A stretch of DNA of 64,000 nucleotides. Source: an uncultured Bacteroidota bacterium. Lineage in GTDB: Bacteria > Bacteroidota > Bacteroidia > Chitinophagales > Chitinophagaceae. The stretch covers positions 2,253 through 66,252 of the forward strand of contig CAVVSL010000001.1 of the NCBI GenBank assembly GCA_963750825.1. Direction: 5' to 3'. Within the stretch, counting starts at the first letter, position 1. Each line of letters opens with the position of its first letter. Position numbers and translations under genes: made by a program. The notes below the pieces were generated by a model, which saw only the letters and a list, made by a program, of their open reading frames with translations, was not told the DNA's origin and ran no database searches. Positions 1 to 9,637 of this stretch are shown here, in pieces.

Positions 1-402
1 ATTGAAGAGTTCCTTAACATAGTGCTCCATCTGCACAGTAGATTTAACAGGCGAAATTCTCGAAAGTGCCAGCAGGTAAAGGTCCTTATGTATGATGGGT
101 GCCAGGGTTTCATGGTAAATATCACCCGGTACCTGCCATGTATCCGGAGCTGTTGTTTTGATCAGCAGTTTGCTTTCAATTATCAATTCTTTGTGCGAAC
201 CCAGAATATTAAAAGAGCCGCTCCTGTTTCCCCAATAATCCGTAAAATGAAAAATCTCCGGGTGAGTAGTGATATTGAGGTCGTGTTGAATCGTCTCCTG
301 TTTGGATTCGATGAAAGGGTATACCTTAATCTCATTCACACTTTCTTTTACCGGCCTGTCGTATTCGTATTTGGTGATATGGTGAATCTTATATAACGGC
401 AT
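1..402 (-). CDS. Transglutaminase-like protein, N-terminal part (runs off the left edge)
   Basis: Not in the ORF track. The reverse strand from ATG at 402 reads MPLYKIHHITKYEYDRPVKESVNEIKVYP...DYWGN, typical of the bacterial transglutaminase-like N-terminal domain. It lies directly downstream of the alpha-E gene. Confidence 0.85.
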   Translation of the reverse strand, partial: MPLYKIHHITKYEYDRPVKESVNEIKVYPFIESKQETIQHDLNITTHPEIFHFTDYWGNRSGSFNILGSHKELIIESKLLIKTTAPDTWQVPGDIYHETLAPIIHKDLYLLALSRISPVKSTVQMEHYVKELFN

Positions 403-413
403 TTACATTAAGG

Positions 414-1355
414 TTAAGCATAAGAAAAATAGAGTTGTCCCAACTGCCTGCTGAATTCATTTAATTGTTGTCTTATTTTACCAAGGTATTTTTCATAGCC
501 CTCTTCAGCAACAATAGCAGGGTCAGCATATTGCACCTGGCTGTAAGTTCTTCCGAATAATCTTTTCAGGTTCTTGGATCCCTGAATGGGATTGGCTGCG
601 GCAATTTCATCCAGGTATTTTTGCGCCCGGCTTAGCGAGTAGTTAACTGAACGGGGGAAGTGCTTGTCAAAGAATACCTGTTTGGTAATATTGTAATTGT
701 GGTTTAGGTTATTGTAATTCTTCAGGTGCAATTCATATCCCGACAATGCGAGTAACAGACTTCTCCAGAAAAGAATATCTGGTTTTTTCCCGGGGGTAAG
801 GTCCGCTTTTTTAAAAAAGTGGTGTGTATATTCAACTGTTAGCAGACATCGTTCAGTATATTTTCCCAGATTCATATAATTCCAGCCAGAGCCCCTGGGC
901 ATAGTACTGTCGGTGATTCCGATGAACTGGTCATTGCTGTTGATAAATGCATCAATTACCTCAATGGCATCAGGGCCTGCCAGTTTATCAGAAATTGCAG
1001 GATTATTAACCAGGTGATACAATTGATTTACCTGCTCCCATACCTCTTTCGTAATCTGGTCCTGCACTCCCCGTGCATTTTCCCTTGCCCGGTTAACGAG
1101 CACCCGTAATGAGTTGTGATTGTTAGTGTCAATTAATAGGTATTGGAGGGAAGCTGCATTGTTTTTTTTCAGCGCATCTATTTCCTCATCGGTTAATTGT
1201 GTGAATATTTTCAGGGCCGGCTCCCAGGTAATGCTGTTGGCCTGTACCCTGTCGAAAGAGAGGATATAGCTGGTTTTCAGGAGTCGCAAAAGGCCATCTG
1301 CCCTTTCCATATACCTGTGTAGCCAGTAAAGTGAGTCAGCGATTCTGCTTAGCAT
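414..1355 (-). CDS. Alpha-E domain protein (DUF403)
   Basis: MLSRIADSLYWLHRYMERA start, ARENAR motif, second ER motif (GKYTER) and FPRS; operonic with the ATP-grasp gene. Confidence 0.92.
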   Translation of the reverse strand: MLSRIADSLYWLHRYMERADGLLRLLKTSYILSFDRVQANSITWEPALKIFTQLTDEEIDALKKNNAASLQYLLIDTNNHNSLRVLVNRARENARGVQDQITKEVWEQVNQLYHLVNNPAISDKLAGPDAIEVIDAFINSNDQFIGITDSTMPRGSGWNYMNLGKYTERCLLTVEYTHHFFKKADLTPGKKPDILFWRSLLLALSGYELHLKNYNNLNHNYNITKQVFFDKHFPRSVNYSLSRAQKYLDEIAAANPIQGSKNLKRLFGRTYSQVQYADPAIVAEEGYEKYLGKIRQQLNEFSRQLGQLYFSYA

Positions 1356-1410
1356 ACAATTGAACTTAAAGTATTAGATAACTTTTTCTTTGTGTTTATT
1401 ACCGGGTTTA

Positions 1411-2862
1411 TCATGACATGTCCACAATCCATGTATCCTTGCTGCCACCACCCTGGGAGGAGTTCACTACCAGTGATCCTTCCCGTAAGGCCACCCTGGT
1501 CAATCCACCCGGAACAATGGTAATGCCATCTGGCGAACAAAGGGCATAGGGCCTGAGGTCTACATGTCTGGGTTGCAGTTTGCCGTCAATCAGACAAGGA
1601 ACAGTTGACAACTGAATGATGGGTTGTGCAATAAAGTTTCTGGGATTTTTCAGAATTGCTTCTTTGGCACTGGCTAATTCATCCTCACTGGCGGTATTGC
1701 CCATCACCATTCCGTATCCCCCCGACTGGTTGGTTTCTTTCACCACCATTTTATGCATATTGGCAAATACAAATTCCCTTTCATCCATATTGCCCAACTG
1801 GTAGGTGGGAATATTGGGCAGGATGGGTTCTTCATTCAGGTAGTATCGGATCATTTCAGGCACATAGCTATATACGGCCTTGTCATCTGCCACTCCATTG
1901 CCCAGCGCATTCACTATGGTTACGTTTCCCTTTCTGTAAGCACTGATTAGGCCGGGTACACCCAATGCACTATCCGGGCGAAAGACCAATGGATCCAGGA
2001 ACTCATCGTCTACCCTTCGGTAAATAACATCCACCTGGCGAAGTCCTGCAGTGGTTTTCATGTATACCTTATGGTTATCTACCAGCAGGTCACGACCTTC
2101 TACCAGTTGCACGCCCATCTGCCGGGCGAGAAAAGTATGTTCAAAATAAGCTGAGTTGAAAATACCCGGTGTTAAGACTACCACTGTTGGGTTCTCTACC
2201 TGTCGCTGTGAGAGGGCCATCAGGTTATCGTGTAATATCAAAGGATAATTGTTAATCATCCGCACATTGCTGGAAGATAAGAGGTTGGGAAAAATCCGCT
2301 TGGTCACTTCCCTGTTCTCCAGCATATACGAAACCCCGGAAGGAGTACGCAGGTTGTCTTCCAGAATGTAAAATGTGCCATTATCGCCCCGGATCAGGTC
2401 AATGCCTGCGATGTGAACGTAAATATCATAGGGTACTTTGATGCCGAATATTTCCCTTGTAAAATGCGGGCAGGAGGCGATCAGGGTAGCCGGAATAATA
2501 TTGTCTTTGATAATCTGCTGCTCATTGTACACATCTTTCAAAAAAAGGTTCAGGGCCTTCAGCCTTTGTTTAATACCACTTTCCACCAGGTCCCATTCTG
2601 CTCCGGATATCACCCTGGGAATAATGTCGTAGGGAAATATTCTCTCGATGCCTTCGTCATTGCTGTAAACGGTGAAAGTGATGCCCTGGCTCATAAACAG
2701 TTCACTGGCCAGTTTGTCTTTCTGCTGCAGTTCACTAAGGTTGAGTTTACTGATGGCCTCGAATAAGGGCAGGTATTGTTGCCGGATGGTATCAGATTCT
2801 TTCATTTCATCCCATATATGGGAAGCGGTCCGGTACTGGTGAAATAGCTGGTCGCCCGTCAT
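1411..2862 (-). CDS. Circularly permuted type 2 ATP-grasp protein
   Basis: Motifs GIDLIR, LEDNLRTPSGVSY, NALGNGVADDK, RHVDLRPY and VVNSSQGGGSKDTW. The ATG at 2862 is preferred over the upstream TTG. Confidence 0.93.
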   Translation of the reverse strand: MTGDQLFHQYRTASHIWDEMKESDTIRQQYLPLFEAISKLNLSELQQKDKLASELFMSQGITFTVYSNDEGIERIFPYDIIPRVISGAEWDLVESGIKQRLKALNLFLKDVYNEQQIIKDNIIPATLIASCPHFTREIFGIKVPYDIYVHIAGIDLIRGDNGTFYILEDNLRTPSGVSYMLENREVTKRIFPNLLSSSNVRMINNYPLILHDNLMALSQRQVENPTVVVLTPGIFNSAYFEHTFLARQMGVQLVEGRDLLVDNHKVYMKTTAGLRQVDVIYRRVDDEFLDPLVFRPDSALGVPGLISAYRKGNVTIVNALGNGVADDKAVYSYVPEMIRYYLNEEPILPNIPTYQLGNMDEREFVFANMHKMVVKETNQSGGYGMVMGNTASEDELASAKEAILKNPRNFIAQPIIQLSTVPCLIDGKLQPRHVDLRPYALCSPDGITIVPGGLTRVALREGSLVVNSSQGGGSKDTWIVDMS

Positions 2863-2984
2863 AATAATTTGATTTGTATGGTCAGTTACAAATAAAAAAG
2901 TTGCCAGTCCTATTGGATAGGCAGGCAACCTTTCTAAGATAAGGAGAATTTTCTTGCCAGCCTCCCATCAGGTAAAAAAACCAA

Positions 2985-3011
2985 CCTATACCTAATTTTG
3001 TTAGGTATAGG
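2985..3011. promoter_or_regulatory. Perfect 11-bp inverted repeat, candidate PadR operator
   Basis: CCTATACCTAA-ttttg-TTAGGTATAGG, 19 nt before the padR ATG, in the divergent intergenic region. Confidence 0.55.
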
Positions 3012-3030
3012 GAAATTCCTATTTTTAGGA

Positions 3031-3366
3031 ATGCAATCATCCTCTTTGTTCAAAGGCTGTCTGGAACCCATCATCCTTCAATTATTGAAAGACAATGGCA
3101 GGATGTATGGTTACCAGGTTACCCGGTTGGTGAAAGAAATGACAAAGGGGGAATTAAACATTACCGAAGGGGCCTTGTATCCCTTACTGCACCGGTTAGA
3201 AGAACAGGGAATTGTAGAAACGGAAATGGAGAATATCGGCAACAGGGCACGGAAATACTATACACTAACCAAAGCGGGTAAAAAACAGGCGGTTATTAGT
3301 GCAGGGGCTTTGCAAATCTTTCTGCACAGTATGCAATTATTGTTGAATCCCCAAACAGCAGGCTAA
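3031..3366 (+). CDS. PadR family transcriptional regulator
   Basis: KGCLEPIILQLL...MYGYQV...EGALYPLLHRLE...RARKYYTLT winged-helix signature. Confidence 0.92.
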   Translation: MQSSSLFKGCLEPIILQLLKDNGRMYGYQVTRLVKEMTKGELNITEGALYPLLHRLEEQGIVETEMENIGNRARKYYTLTKAGKKQAVISAGALQIFLHSMQLLLNPQTAG

Positions 3367-4079
3367 TGCTTACAGAAGAACAAATACAGCAATTATTCCG
3401 ATTTTGCCAAAAGCACCATGTTCACCATTATGATGTGCAGGTGGAACTGGTAGACCACCTGGCCAATGCCATAGAAGAAAGAATGGCCCAAAACAAGCAA
3501 CTGGACTTTTCTGCAGCACTGGAAAGCGTTTATACAGGATTCGGCATTATGGGATTTGCCAAAGTGGTCAGTTCCAAAGCTGAGGCACTTAGTAAACAGT
3601 ATTCAAAAATGAACAGACAACTGTTTCTGTCCTATTTCACCTGGCCGAAAGCGGCTATGTTTTTTTGTATCTATCTGGCGCTCACTTTTGTTAGGAATTA
3701 CCTTTCAGTAGATCAGCTGGAAATAACCACTTATTCCTCTTGTGCATTTCTTGTGCTATTTAATTTGAACGTATACTGGCAAATAAGGAGGATGCGTAAA
3801 AAGTTGGTACAAAAAATGTTGCTTGCAGAAGCAGGTGACGGAGTAACTATATTCATTGGCTTTTTTCCCCTTCAGTTAGTTTATTTTACTTTCAATCATT
3901 CCACCTTCAATATTGCTGACTCCCAAAATTCCATAATTGCTTACCAGTTGGCTGTCCTTGTATTATTGCTTACGTTTATCAGTATCCTGGCTTACCGGGA
4001 ACTTTGGAAAAAAATAATTGAAAAAATAGTCTGCGAATTTCCGGAAGTCATGCCAAAGGGAGAAAAGGTAATGGCCTAA
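3366..4079 (+). CDS. Hypothetical membrane protein, coupled to padR
   Basis: TAATG stop/start overlap; YDVQVELVDHLA N-terminal motif; about four hydrophobic segments. Confidence 0.8.
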   Translation: MLTEEQIQQLFRFCQKHHVHHYDVQVELVDHLANAIEERMAQNKQLDFSAALESVYTGFGIMGFAKVVSSKAEALSKQYSKMNRQLFLSYFTWPKAAMFFCIYLALTFVRNYLSVDQLEITTYSSCAFLVLFNLNVYWQIRRMRKKLVQKMLLAEAGDGVTIFIGFFPLQLVYFTFNHSTFNIADSQNSIIAYQLAVLVLLLTFISILAYRELWKKIIEKIVCEFPEVMPKGEKVMA

Positions 4080-4083
4080 AAAA

Positions 4084-4121
4084 CCACAGGGGAACAGATT
4101 TTGCCCTCTGCTCCCCTGTGG
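4084..4121. terminator. Hairpin between convergent genes
   Basis: CCACAGGGGAACAGA / TCTGCTCCCCTGTGG inverted repeat with one mismatch. Confidence 0.6.
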
Positions 4122-4135
4122 GGGGTACTATTTCT

Positions 4136-5965
4136 CTAATCTTTCAGGTTCAGCTTAATTTGTAATTCTTCAAATTGTTTGTCATCAATGGTGCTAGGTG
4201 CATCCAACATCACATCCCTGCCGCTGTTATTCTTGGGGAAAGCAATAAAATCGCGTATGCTCTCACTGCCGCCTAAAATTGCACACAAACGGTCGAAGCC
4301 AAAAGCAATACCGCCATGGGGTGGGGCACCATATTCAAAAGCACCCAGCAGGAATCCGAATTTGTGCAGGGCTTCCTCTTTGCTCATACCCAGGGCTGCA
4401 AACATTTTTTCCTGTAATTCGCGCTGGTAGATACGAATGGAACCACCGCCAATTTCATTGCCGTTTAATACCATGTCGTAAGCATTGGCCTTAATATTGG
4501 CATAGGGATGATCGAGGTATTTGTCTGCATCCTCAATCAGCGGGTTATTATTGATCATCACTTCAATATGGTCGGGCTTGGGAGACGTGAAGGGATGGTG
4601 ACGGGCCACCCAGCGGTTATCTTCTTCTGCATATTCAAACAGGGGAAAATCAAGTACCCAAAGGAGTTTGAATTCATCTTCCTTCCGGAATCCTAAACGC
4701 TTACCCATTTCCAGCCTCAGTTCACTGGTGGCTTTGCGTGTTCTTTCTTCTCTTCCGGCCAGTATCAGTAACAGGTCGCCGGGTTTTGCTCCGGCGGTAG
4801 CAGCAATGGCTTTTAATTTTTCTTCCGGATAAAACTTGTCAACACTACTTTTGAAACTGCCATCTGTATTGCATTTGATATAAACCATGCCAAGCATGCC
4901 TATCTGCGGGCGCTTCACCCATTCAGTCAGTTCATCTATTTGTTTACGGGTATATTCGCTGCATCCGGGTACAGCAATGGCGAGTACCGTTTCTGCGTTA
5001 TCAAATACCCCAAATCCGGCTCCATTGATCAGTACTCCATCAGCAATAATTTTTCCATCTATGAGGAATACGGATTTTAAGTTGGCAATCTGCATTCCGA
5101 ATCGGATATCGGGTTTGTCATTACCAAATTGCCACATGGCTTTCTCCCAACTGATGCGTTCTACTTTCTCAGTATAGTCAATATTTTTTACGTCTTTGAA
5201 AATGCGCTTAATCAGGCTTTCAAACATGTTCAGGATGTCTTCCTGTTCTACAAAAGCCATCTCGCAATCGATCTGGGTAAATTCGGGTTGCCTGTCGGCC
5301 CGCAAATCCTCGTCCCTGAAGCATTTTACAATCTGGTAGTAACGGTCATAGCCGCTTACCATCAGCAATTGTTTAAAAGTTTGTGGCGATTGGGGCAAAG
5401 CATAAAACTGGCCGGGGTTCATTCTGGAGGGTACCACAAAATCCCTGGCTCCTTCCGGGGTTGACTTGATCAGGAAGGGAGTTTCAATATCCATGAAATG
5501 GTTTTCATGGAGGTAATTTCTGGCAGACCGGTTAACAGCATAACGGAGTTCCAGGTTTTTCTTAACGGCATTGCGTCGTAAATCCAGGAACCGGTATTTC
5601 ATCCTCAGGTCATCACCACCATCGGTATCATCCTGGATGGTGAAAGGCGGCAGTGCGGATTTATTTAAAATGCTTAGTGACTGAACGGTCAGTTCTATTT
5701 CTCCGGTAGAGAGATTAGGGTTTTTATTGCTTCTTTCTGTAACGATGCCTTTGGCCTGTATCACAAACTCTCTGCCTAATGGATTCGCATCCAGAAAAGG
5801 GTTCTGGTCTTCTCCCAATAACAATTGTGTTATCCCATATCGGTCCCTCAGGTCAATGAAAGTTATGGCGCCGAATTTCCGGATAGTCTGCACCCATCCC
5901 GCCAGTGTCACTTCTTTATTGGTTTCTTTGCTGGTTAATTCTCCACAGGTATGAGTACGGTACAT
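4136..5965 (-). CDS. aspS: Aspartate--tRNA ligase
   Basis: MYRTHTCG start, [26 protein letters not shown] and [14 protein letters not shown] motifs. Confidence 0.98.
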   Translation of the reverse strand: MYRTHTCGELTSKETNKEVTLAGWVQTIRKFGAITFIDLRDRYGITQLLLGEDQNPFLDANPLGREFVIQAKGIVTERSNKNPNLSTGEIELTVQSLSILNKSALPPFTIQDDTDGGDDLRMKYRFLDLRRNAVKKNLELRYAVNRSARNYLHENHFMDIETPFLIKSTPEGARDFVVPSRMNPGQFYALPQSPQTFKQLLMVSGYDRYYQIVKCFRDEDLRADRQPEFTQIDCEMAFVEQEDILNMFESLIKRIFKDVKNIDYTEKVERISWEKAMWQFGNDKPDIRFGMQIANLKSVFLIDGKIIADGVLINGAGFGVFDNAETVLAIAVPGCSEYTRKQIDELTEWVKRPQIGMLGMVYIKCNTDGSFKSSVDKFYPEEKLKAIAATAGAKPGDLLLILAGREERTRKATSELRLEMGKRLGFRKEDEFKLLWVLDFPLFEYAEEDNRWVARHHPFTSPKPDHIEVMINNNPLIEDADKYLDHPYANIKANAYDMVLNGNEIGGGSIRIYQRELQEKMFAALGMSKEEALHKFGFLLGAFEYGAPPHGGIAFGFDRLCAILGGSESIRDFIAFPKNNSGRDVMLDAPSTIDDKQFEELQIKLNLKD

Positions 5966-6033
5966 ATTTTTTTGATTGCTGATTAGTTTATCTACCCGCC
6001 GGGCATAAGTTTGGCGAGTCATTTTACGGACCG

Positions 6034-6041
6034 CAAATATA
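6034..6041 (-). promoter_or_regulatory. Bacteroidota -7 promoter element for aspS
   Basis: TATATTTG on the minus strand matches TAnnTTTG. Confidence 0.6.
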
Positions 6042-6124
6042 ACTGAAATGCCCTAAGCACTGTATATGGGCCACATTGAGGGCAAAAAGTGCTCTTTTTA
6101 AAGAAATGCTGCATCTTTGTTACC

Positions 6125-7267
6125 ATGGCAACCGAATCCATAACACCCCGGGCACACCGACTGGCAGCGGCTGCCTTTTTTTTCATAGCCGGCATCAGTT
6201 TTGCCAGTTGGGCAAGCCGAATTCCTGACATTAAAACGCAATTACAGTTAAGTGATGGTGGTTTGGGTGGAGTGCTGCTGGCCCTGCCCATTGGTTTGAT
6301 GTGCAGTTTGCCCCTTTCCGGCTGGTTAGTGGCCAAATATGGGAGTAAGCGGATGGTTACCGTTGCCTTGCTGGGTTACCCGCTGATTTTGGTGGCTATT
6401 GGATTGGCAACTACTGTTTGGCAGTTAGTGGGCATCCTTTTTGTTTTTGGCCTCTTTGGAAACCTGACTAATATTTCTATCAATACCCAGGCAGTAGGTG
6501 TAGAAAATATGTATGGCCGTTCTATCATGGCTTCTTTCCATGGTATTTGGAGTTTGGCCGGTTTCAGTGGAGCAGCATTGGGTACCTTGCTGATCTCCCT
6601 GCATATTTCACCCCTGTACCATTTCTGCATCATATTTGCGGGTTGTATGGGTATCCTTTTCTCGGTGCGTCGATTTGCTTTTGCCAATGATGCAAGCCAG
6701 GCAAGCCAGCGCATTTTTGTAAAACCGGATAAGGTATTGTGGCAACTGGGACTCATTGCCTTTAGCTGTATGTTATGTGAAGGCACTATGTTTGACTGGA
6801 GTGGGGTGTACTTTCAAAATGTAGTGGCGGTGCCGAAGGAACTCACCACACTGGGTTATACGGCTTTTATGGGAACCATGGCCGGAGGGCGTTTTATTGG
6901 TGACAGACTGGTTACCCGCTTTGGCCGGCAAAGGGTATTACAGGGTAGTGGCATGATAATTACGATTGGATTAGCTGTATCGGTCATATTTCCCACAATA
7001 ATAATGGCCACTACCGGTTTCCTGTTGGTGGGTTTGGGTGTATCTTCTGTTGTGCCACTGGTGTATAGTGTAGCAGGCAAATCCAAAACCCTGTCTCCCG
7101 GTCTGGCACTGGCTGCGGTTTCCTCCATTGGTTTCCTGGGCTTTTTGTTGGGGCCTCCGCTGATTGGATTTATTGCCCAGTTATCCAGTCTCAGTTGGTC
7201 ATTTAGTTTGATTGCCTGCTTAGGTTTGGGTACTACGGTGCTCGCCAGTTTTATTAAATGGGAGTAA
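6125..7267 (+). CDS. MFS transporter
   Basis: About 12 hydrophobic segments; WASRIP, GRSIMASFHG and GRFIGDRL motifs. Confidence 0.92.
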   Translation: MATESITPRAHRLAAAAFFFIAGISFASWASRIPDIKTQLQLSDGGLGGVLLALPIGLMCSLPLSGWLVAKYGSKRMVTVALLGYPLILVAIGLATTVWQLVGILFVFGLFGNLTNISINTQAVGVENMYGRSIMASFHGIWSLAGFSGAALGTLLISLHISPLYHFCIIFAGCMGILFSVRRFAFANDASQASQRIFVKPDKVLWQLGLIAFSCMLCEGTMFDWSGVYFQNVVAVPKELTTLGYTAFMGTMAGGRFIGDRLVTRFGRQRVLQGSGMIITIGLAVSVIFPTIIMATTGFLLVGLGVSSVVPLVYSVAGKSKTLSPGLALAAVSSIGFLGFLLGPPLIGFIAQLSSLSWSFSLIACLGLGTTVLASFIKWE

Positions 7268-7440
7268 GCCACATTTCTCCACTCTTTCATTTCGGCAACC
7301 GTATTCGGGAAAAACAGCACTTGTTTAACAGACAGTATATTGTTAAATATTTCTAAAATCGGTGTTCATTTGCTTATAAAAAACGATTCTGGTAACAGAA
7401 TTGGATAGTAGTCGGTATAGGCTCATCCAAAAAGTTTTTT

Positions 7441-7896
7441 ATGAAAAAAATACTACCCTTAGTTGTTGTATCACTGATGATATTATTTACACAATCCTGC
7501 ACCAAGGCTGTGGTTCAGCCCTATGGTATGGATATAACCGGTTCCTGGGTTTTGACGGAGTCATCTGAAAACTACGGAAACGGCTGGCGTTATTACAATA
7601 CCGGATTGGAGGGGGGATTGTTTAATTTTTATTCCCGGGGAGCGGCCAGGTATGCGGACGGCTATAACCAGATGGATGGTTATTGGGATATCCGAACCGT
7701 ATCTACCGGTTATTATGACCAGTATGGAAACTATTACAGTGATCTGCACCAAATGTTTGAAATGCATGTGCGGGATGGAGTAACCCGTAATTCCATAGAT
7801 TTCTATTTTGATGACATCCGCGTTTCGGGAAATCGTATTATCGCTACGAGTTATAGTGGAAATGTCATCACCAAATATATTTTTGTGCGGTATTAA
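7441..7896 (+). CDS. Hypothetical lipoprotein
   Basis: MKK, a hydrophobic stretch and TQSC lipobox; lipocalin-like ITGSWVL; Tyr-rich. Confidence 0.75.
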   Translation: MKKILPLVVVSLMILFTQSCTKAVVQPYGMDITGSWVLTESSENYGNGWRYYNTGLEGGLFNFYSRGAARYADGYNQMDGYWDIRTVSTGYYDQYGNYYSDLHQMFEMHVRDGVTRNSIDFYFDDIRVSGNRIIATSYSGNVITKYIFVRY

Positions 7897-7981
7897 ATTA
7901 TCGGGAAACCAGTTTGTGTTCGGTCAATGATCCCGGTTGCATAATTACTTAGCTTTACCAGTTCAAGGAGTTACCTGCAAC

Positions 7982-8743
7982 ATGAGCAAGCACCGTATTC
8001 AGGCTTTATTACAAAATTTTTTGGGGTACAGGAATTACCTGTTCCTGTTTTCCCTTTTTACGATTGTACGAATCAAATGGTTGGGATATGAAAAGGGGTT
8101 TCTTTACTTCTGCCGGTTGATCCCCAAAGAAGGTGTTATACTTGATATAGGTGCCAATATAGGGGTGATGAGTGTTTGTATGGCTCAAAAATGTCCGGGG
8201 TCAATGGTTTATGCTTTTGAACCCATAGCCGAGGCCGCCGATACCTGGGAGCGGGTAGTTACTTTTTATTCATTAAAAAATGTGCAATTGTTCAGAACTG
8301 CATTGGGTAACCAAAACGGTGAAACAACCATGCAGCTTCCCGTAAAGCATGGCTCAAGGTTGCATGGGCTCAGCAATATTCAAGAGCCTGATTTTTTACC
8401 GGAAGCCGGAGGGCTGCAATACCGTGTTCCCATAACCAGGCTGGATGATATGGAAGCCCTTGACCACATTACTTCTGTGAGTGCTATAAAAATAGACGTT
8501 GAAAATTATGAGGTATTCGTATTTCGGGGTGGCGAAAAACTAATCAGGAAACATAAGCCCCTTATCTTTTGCGAAGTATGGAATAACCCGGCTGGCTCAG
8601 CTTGCAGGGAATTTCTTTCTGGACTTGGCTACAGCATTCACTATTTTGATGGAAATAAACTGCAGCCTTATACAGGTCAGACTGTGCTTGATTTGTTTTT
8701 TCTCCCTTCAAAAGTTTCTGATTTAATGAATCAGAAACCATAA
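7982..8743 (+). CDS. FkbM family methyltransferase
   Basis: LDIGANIG, YAFEP and IKIDVENYE motifs. Confidence 0.92.
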   Translation: MSKHRIQALLQNFLGYRNYLFLFSLFTIVRIKWLGYEKGFLYFCRLIPKEGVILDIGANIGVMSVCMAQKCPGSMVYAFEPIAEAADTWERVVTFYSLKNVQLFRTALGNQNGETTMQLPVKHGSRLHGLSNIQEPDFLPEAGGLQYRVPITRLDDMEALDHITSVSAIKIDVENYEVFVFRGGEKLIRKHKPLIFCEVWNNPAGSACREFLSGLGYSIHYFDGNKLQPYTGQTVLDLFFLPSKVSDLMNQKP

Positions 8744-8785
8744 TAAAACGGCACCACTAAGAATAATTAATACAATGGGTTTCAT
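8723..8785 (-). CDS. Candidate 20-aa single-helix small protein (MKPIVLIILSGAVLLWFLIH)
   Basis: ATG preceded by A-rich GCAAACAAT; uniformly hydrophobic; below the ORF-track cutoff. Confidence 0.3.
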   Translation of the reverse strand: MKPIVLIILSGAVLLWFLIH

Positions 8786-9057
8786 ATTGTTTGCGTTAGT
8801 AGGGTTGGGAATGGGATACAAGAATCCCCTGGCCACTGAATGGCTGCCATTGGTAAACTGGCTAAGGGCATACCCTTAGGTTAGCATAGTTGACGGGTAT
8901 TCATAAAGAATACGGGTTACTTTTTACCTGAAATGGTCTCTGGGGATAAAGTGGCCTAAAAGCCCGGTGGTTTAATGTGCTGGCGAAAATTGAAAAGCAG
9001 GGCAGCAGGTAAGTGGTTCATATACATGGGAGCGAGGCTCCATTTACTTTGATACAG

Positions 9058-9148
9058 TAAAGATACCTGTGCCGGAATTACTCCGAACAAAAACAGGGTC
9101 AAGCGGGACTTGCGGTTTCACGAACGGCAATCTTTAATTGATGAACGG
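9058..9148 (-). promoter_or_regulatory. Promoter with three direct repeats at 21-bp period (LytTR-like boxes)
   Basis: Minus strand CCGTTCAT, CCGTTCGT and CCGCTTGA at exact 21-bp spacing, followed by TTTG and a TATCTTTA -7-like element. Confidence 0.55.
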
Positions 9149-9176
9149 TAACATAGGTTTTTCTGCGGGAAATATG

Positions 9177-9584
9177 CTACATGGTTTCAAATTCATCCTT
9201 GTGTCTGGGCTTCCAGATGAGGTAATAAAAGGCAAGAATTAAAATACCTGTAAGGAAGGGAATCAATGCCAGGTGTTTATAAGTGAAGTCCGGTGTTAAG
9301 TGCAGGGTATCGATACCGGTAAATTCACTGATCATCCAGTAGGAGTTCGCAGTAATCCAAACGGTGATAGCGATATTATGGCAGCGTTCAGACATAAACT
9401 GCCTCGTGCGCCAGGCAATCACAATCGAAATAACCAGGGTAGGAAATATCATGGCGATACCCAGGGGTTTCCAGATCATACACCAGGAAATGTCTTTCAA
9501 TAACCAGAAAACAATGTGCAGGTTTTCCATTTTCCGGTAATTGATGGGTATGATATAGGCATCGGCGGTAGCAGTTCTTTCCAT
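9177..9584 (-). CDS. Hypothetical membrane protein
   Basis: 135 aa with several hydrophobic segments; ENLHIVFWLLKDISW and WITANSYWM. Confidence 0.8.
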   Translation of the reverse strand: MERTATADAYIIPINYRKMENLHIVFWLLKDISWCMIWKPLGIAMIFPTLVISIVIAWRTRQFMSERCHNIAITVWITANSYWMISEFTGIDTLHLTPDFTYKHLALIPFLTGILILAFYYLIWKPRHKDEFETM

Positions 9585-9637
9585 TGCAGGAGATTAATGG
9601 GTTAAGGAAGGCTACAATATTAATTTTTTGTAAACAA

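Noticed and set aside
22-396. Plus-strand 124-aa ORF
   Set aside because: Antisense to the transglutaminase-like gene, which fits the operon.
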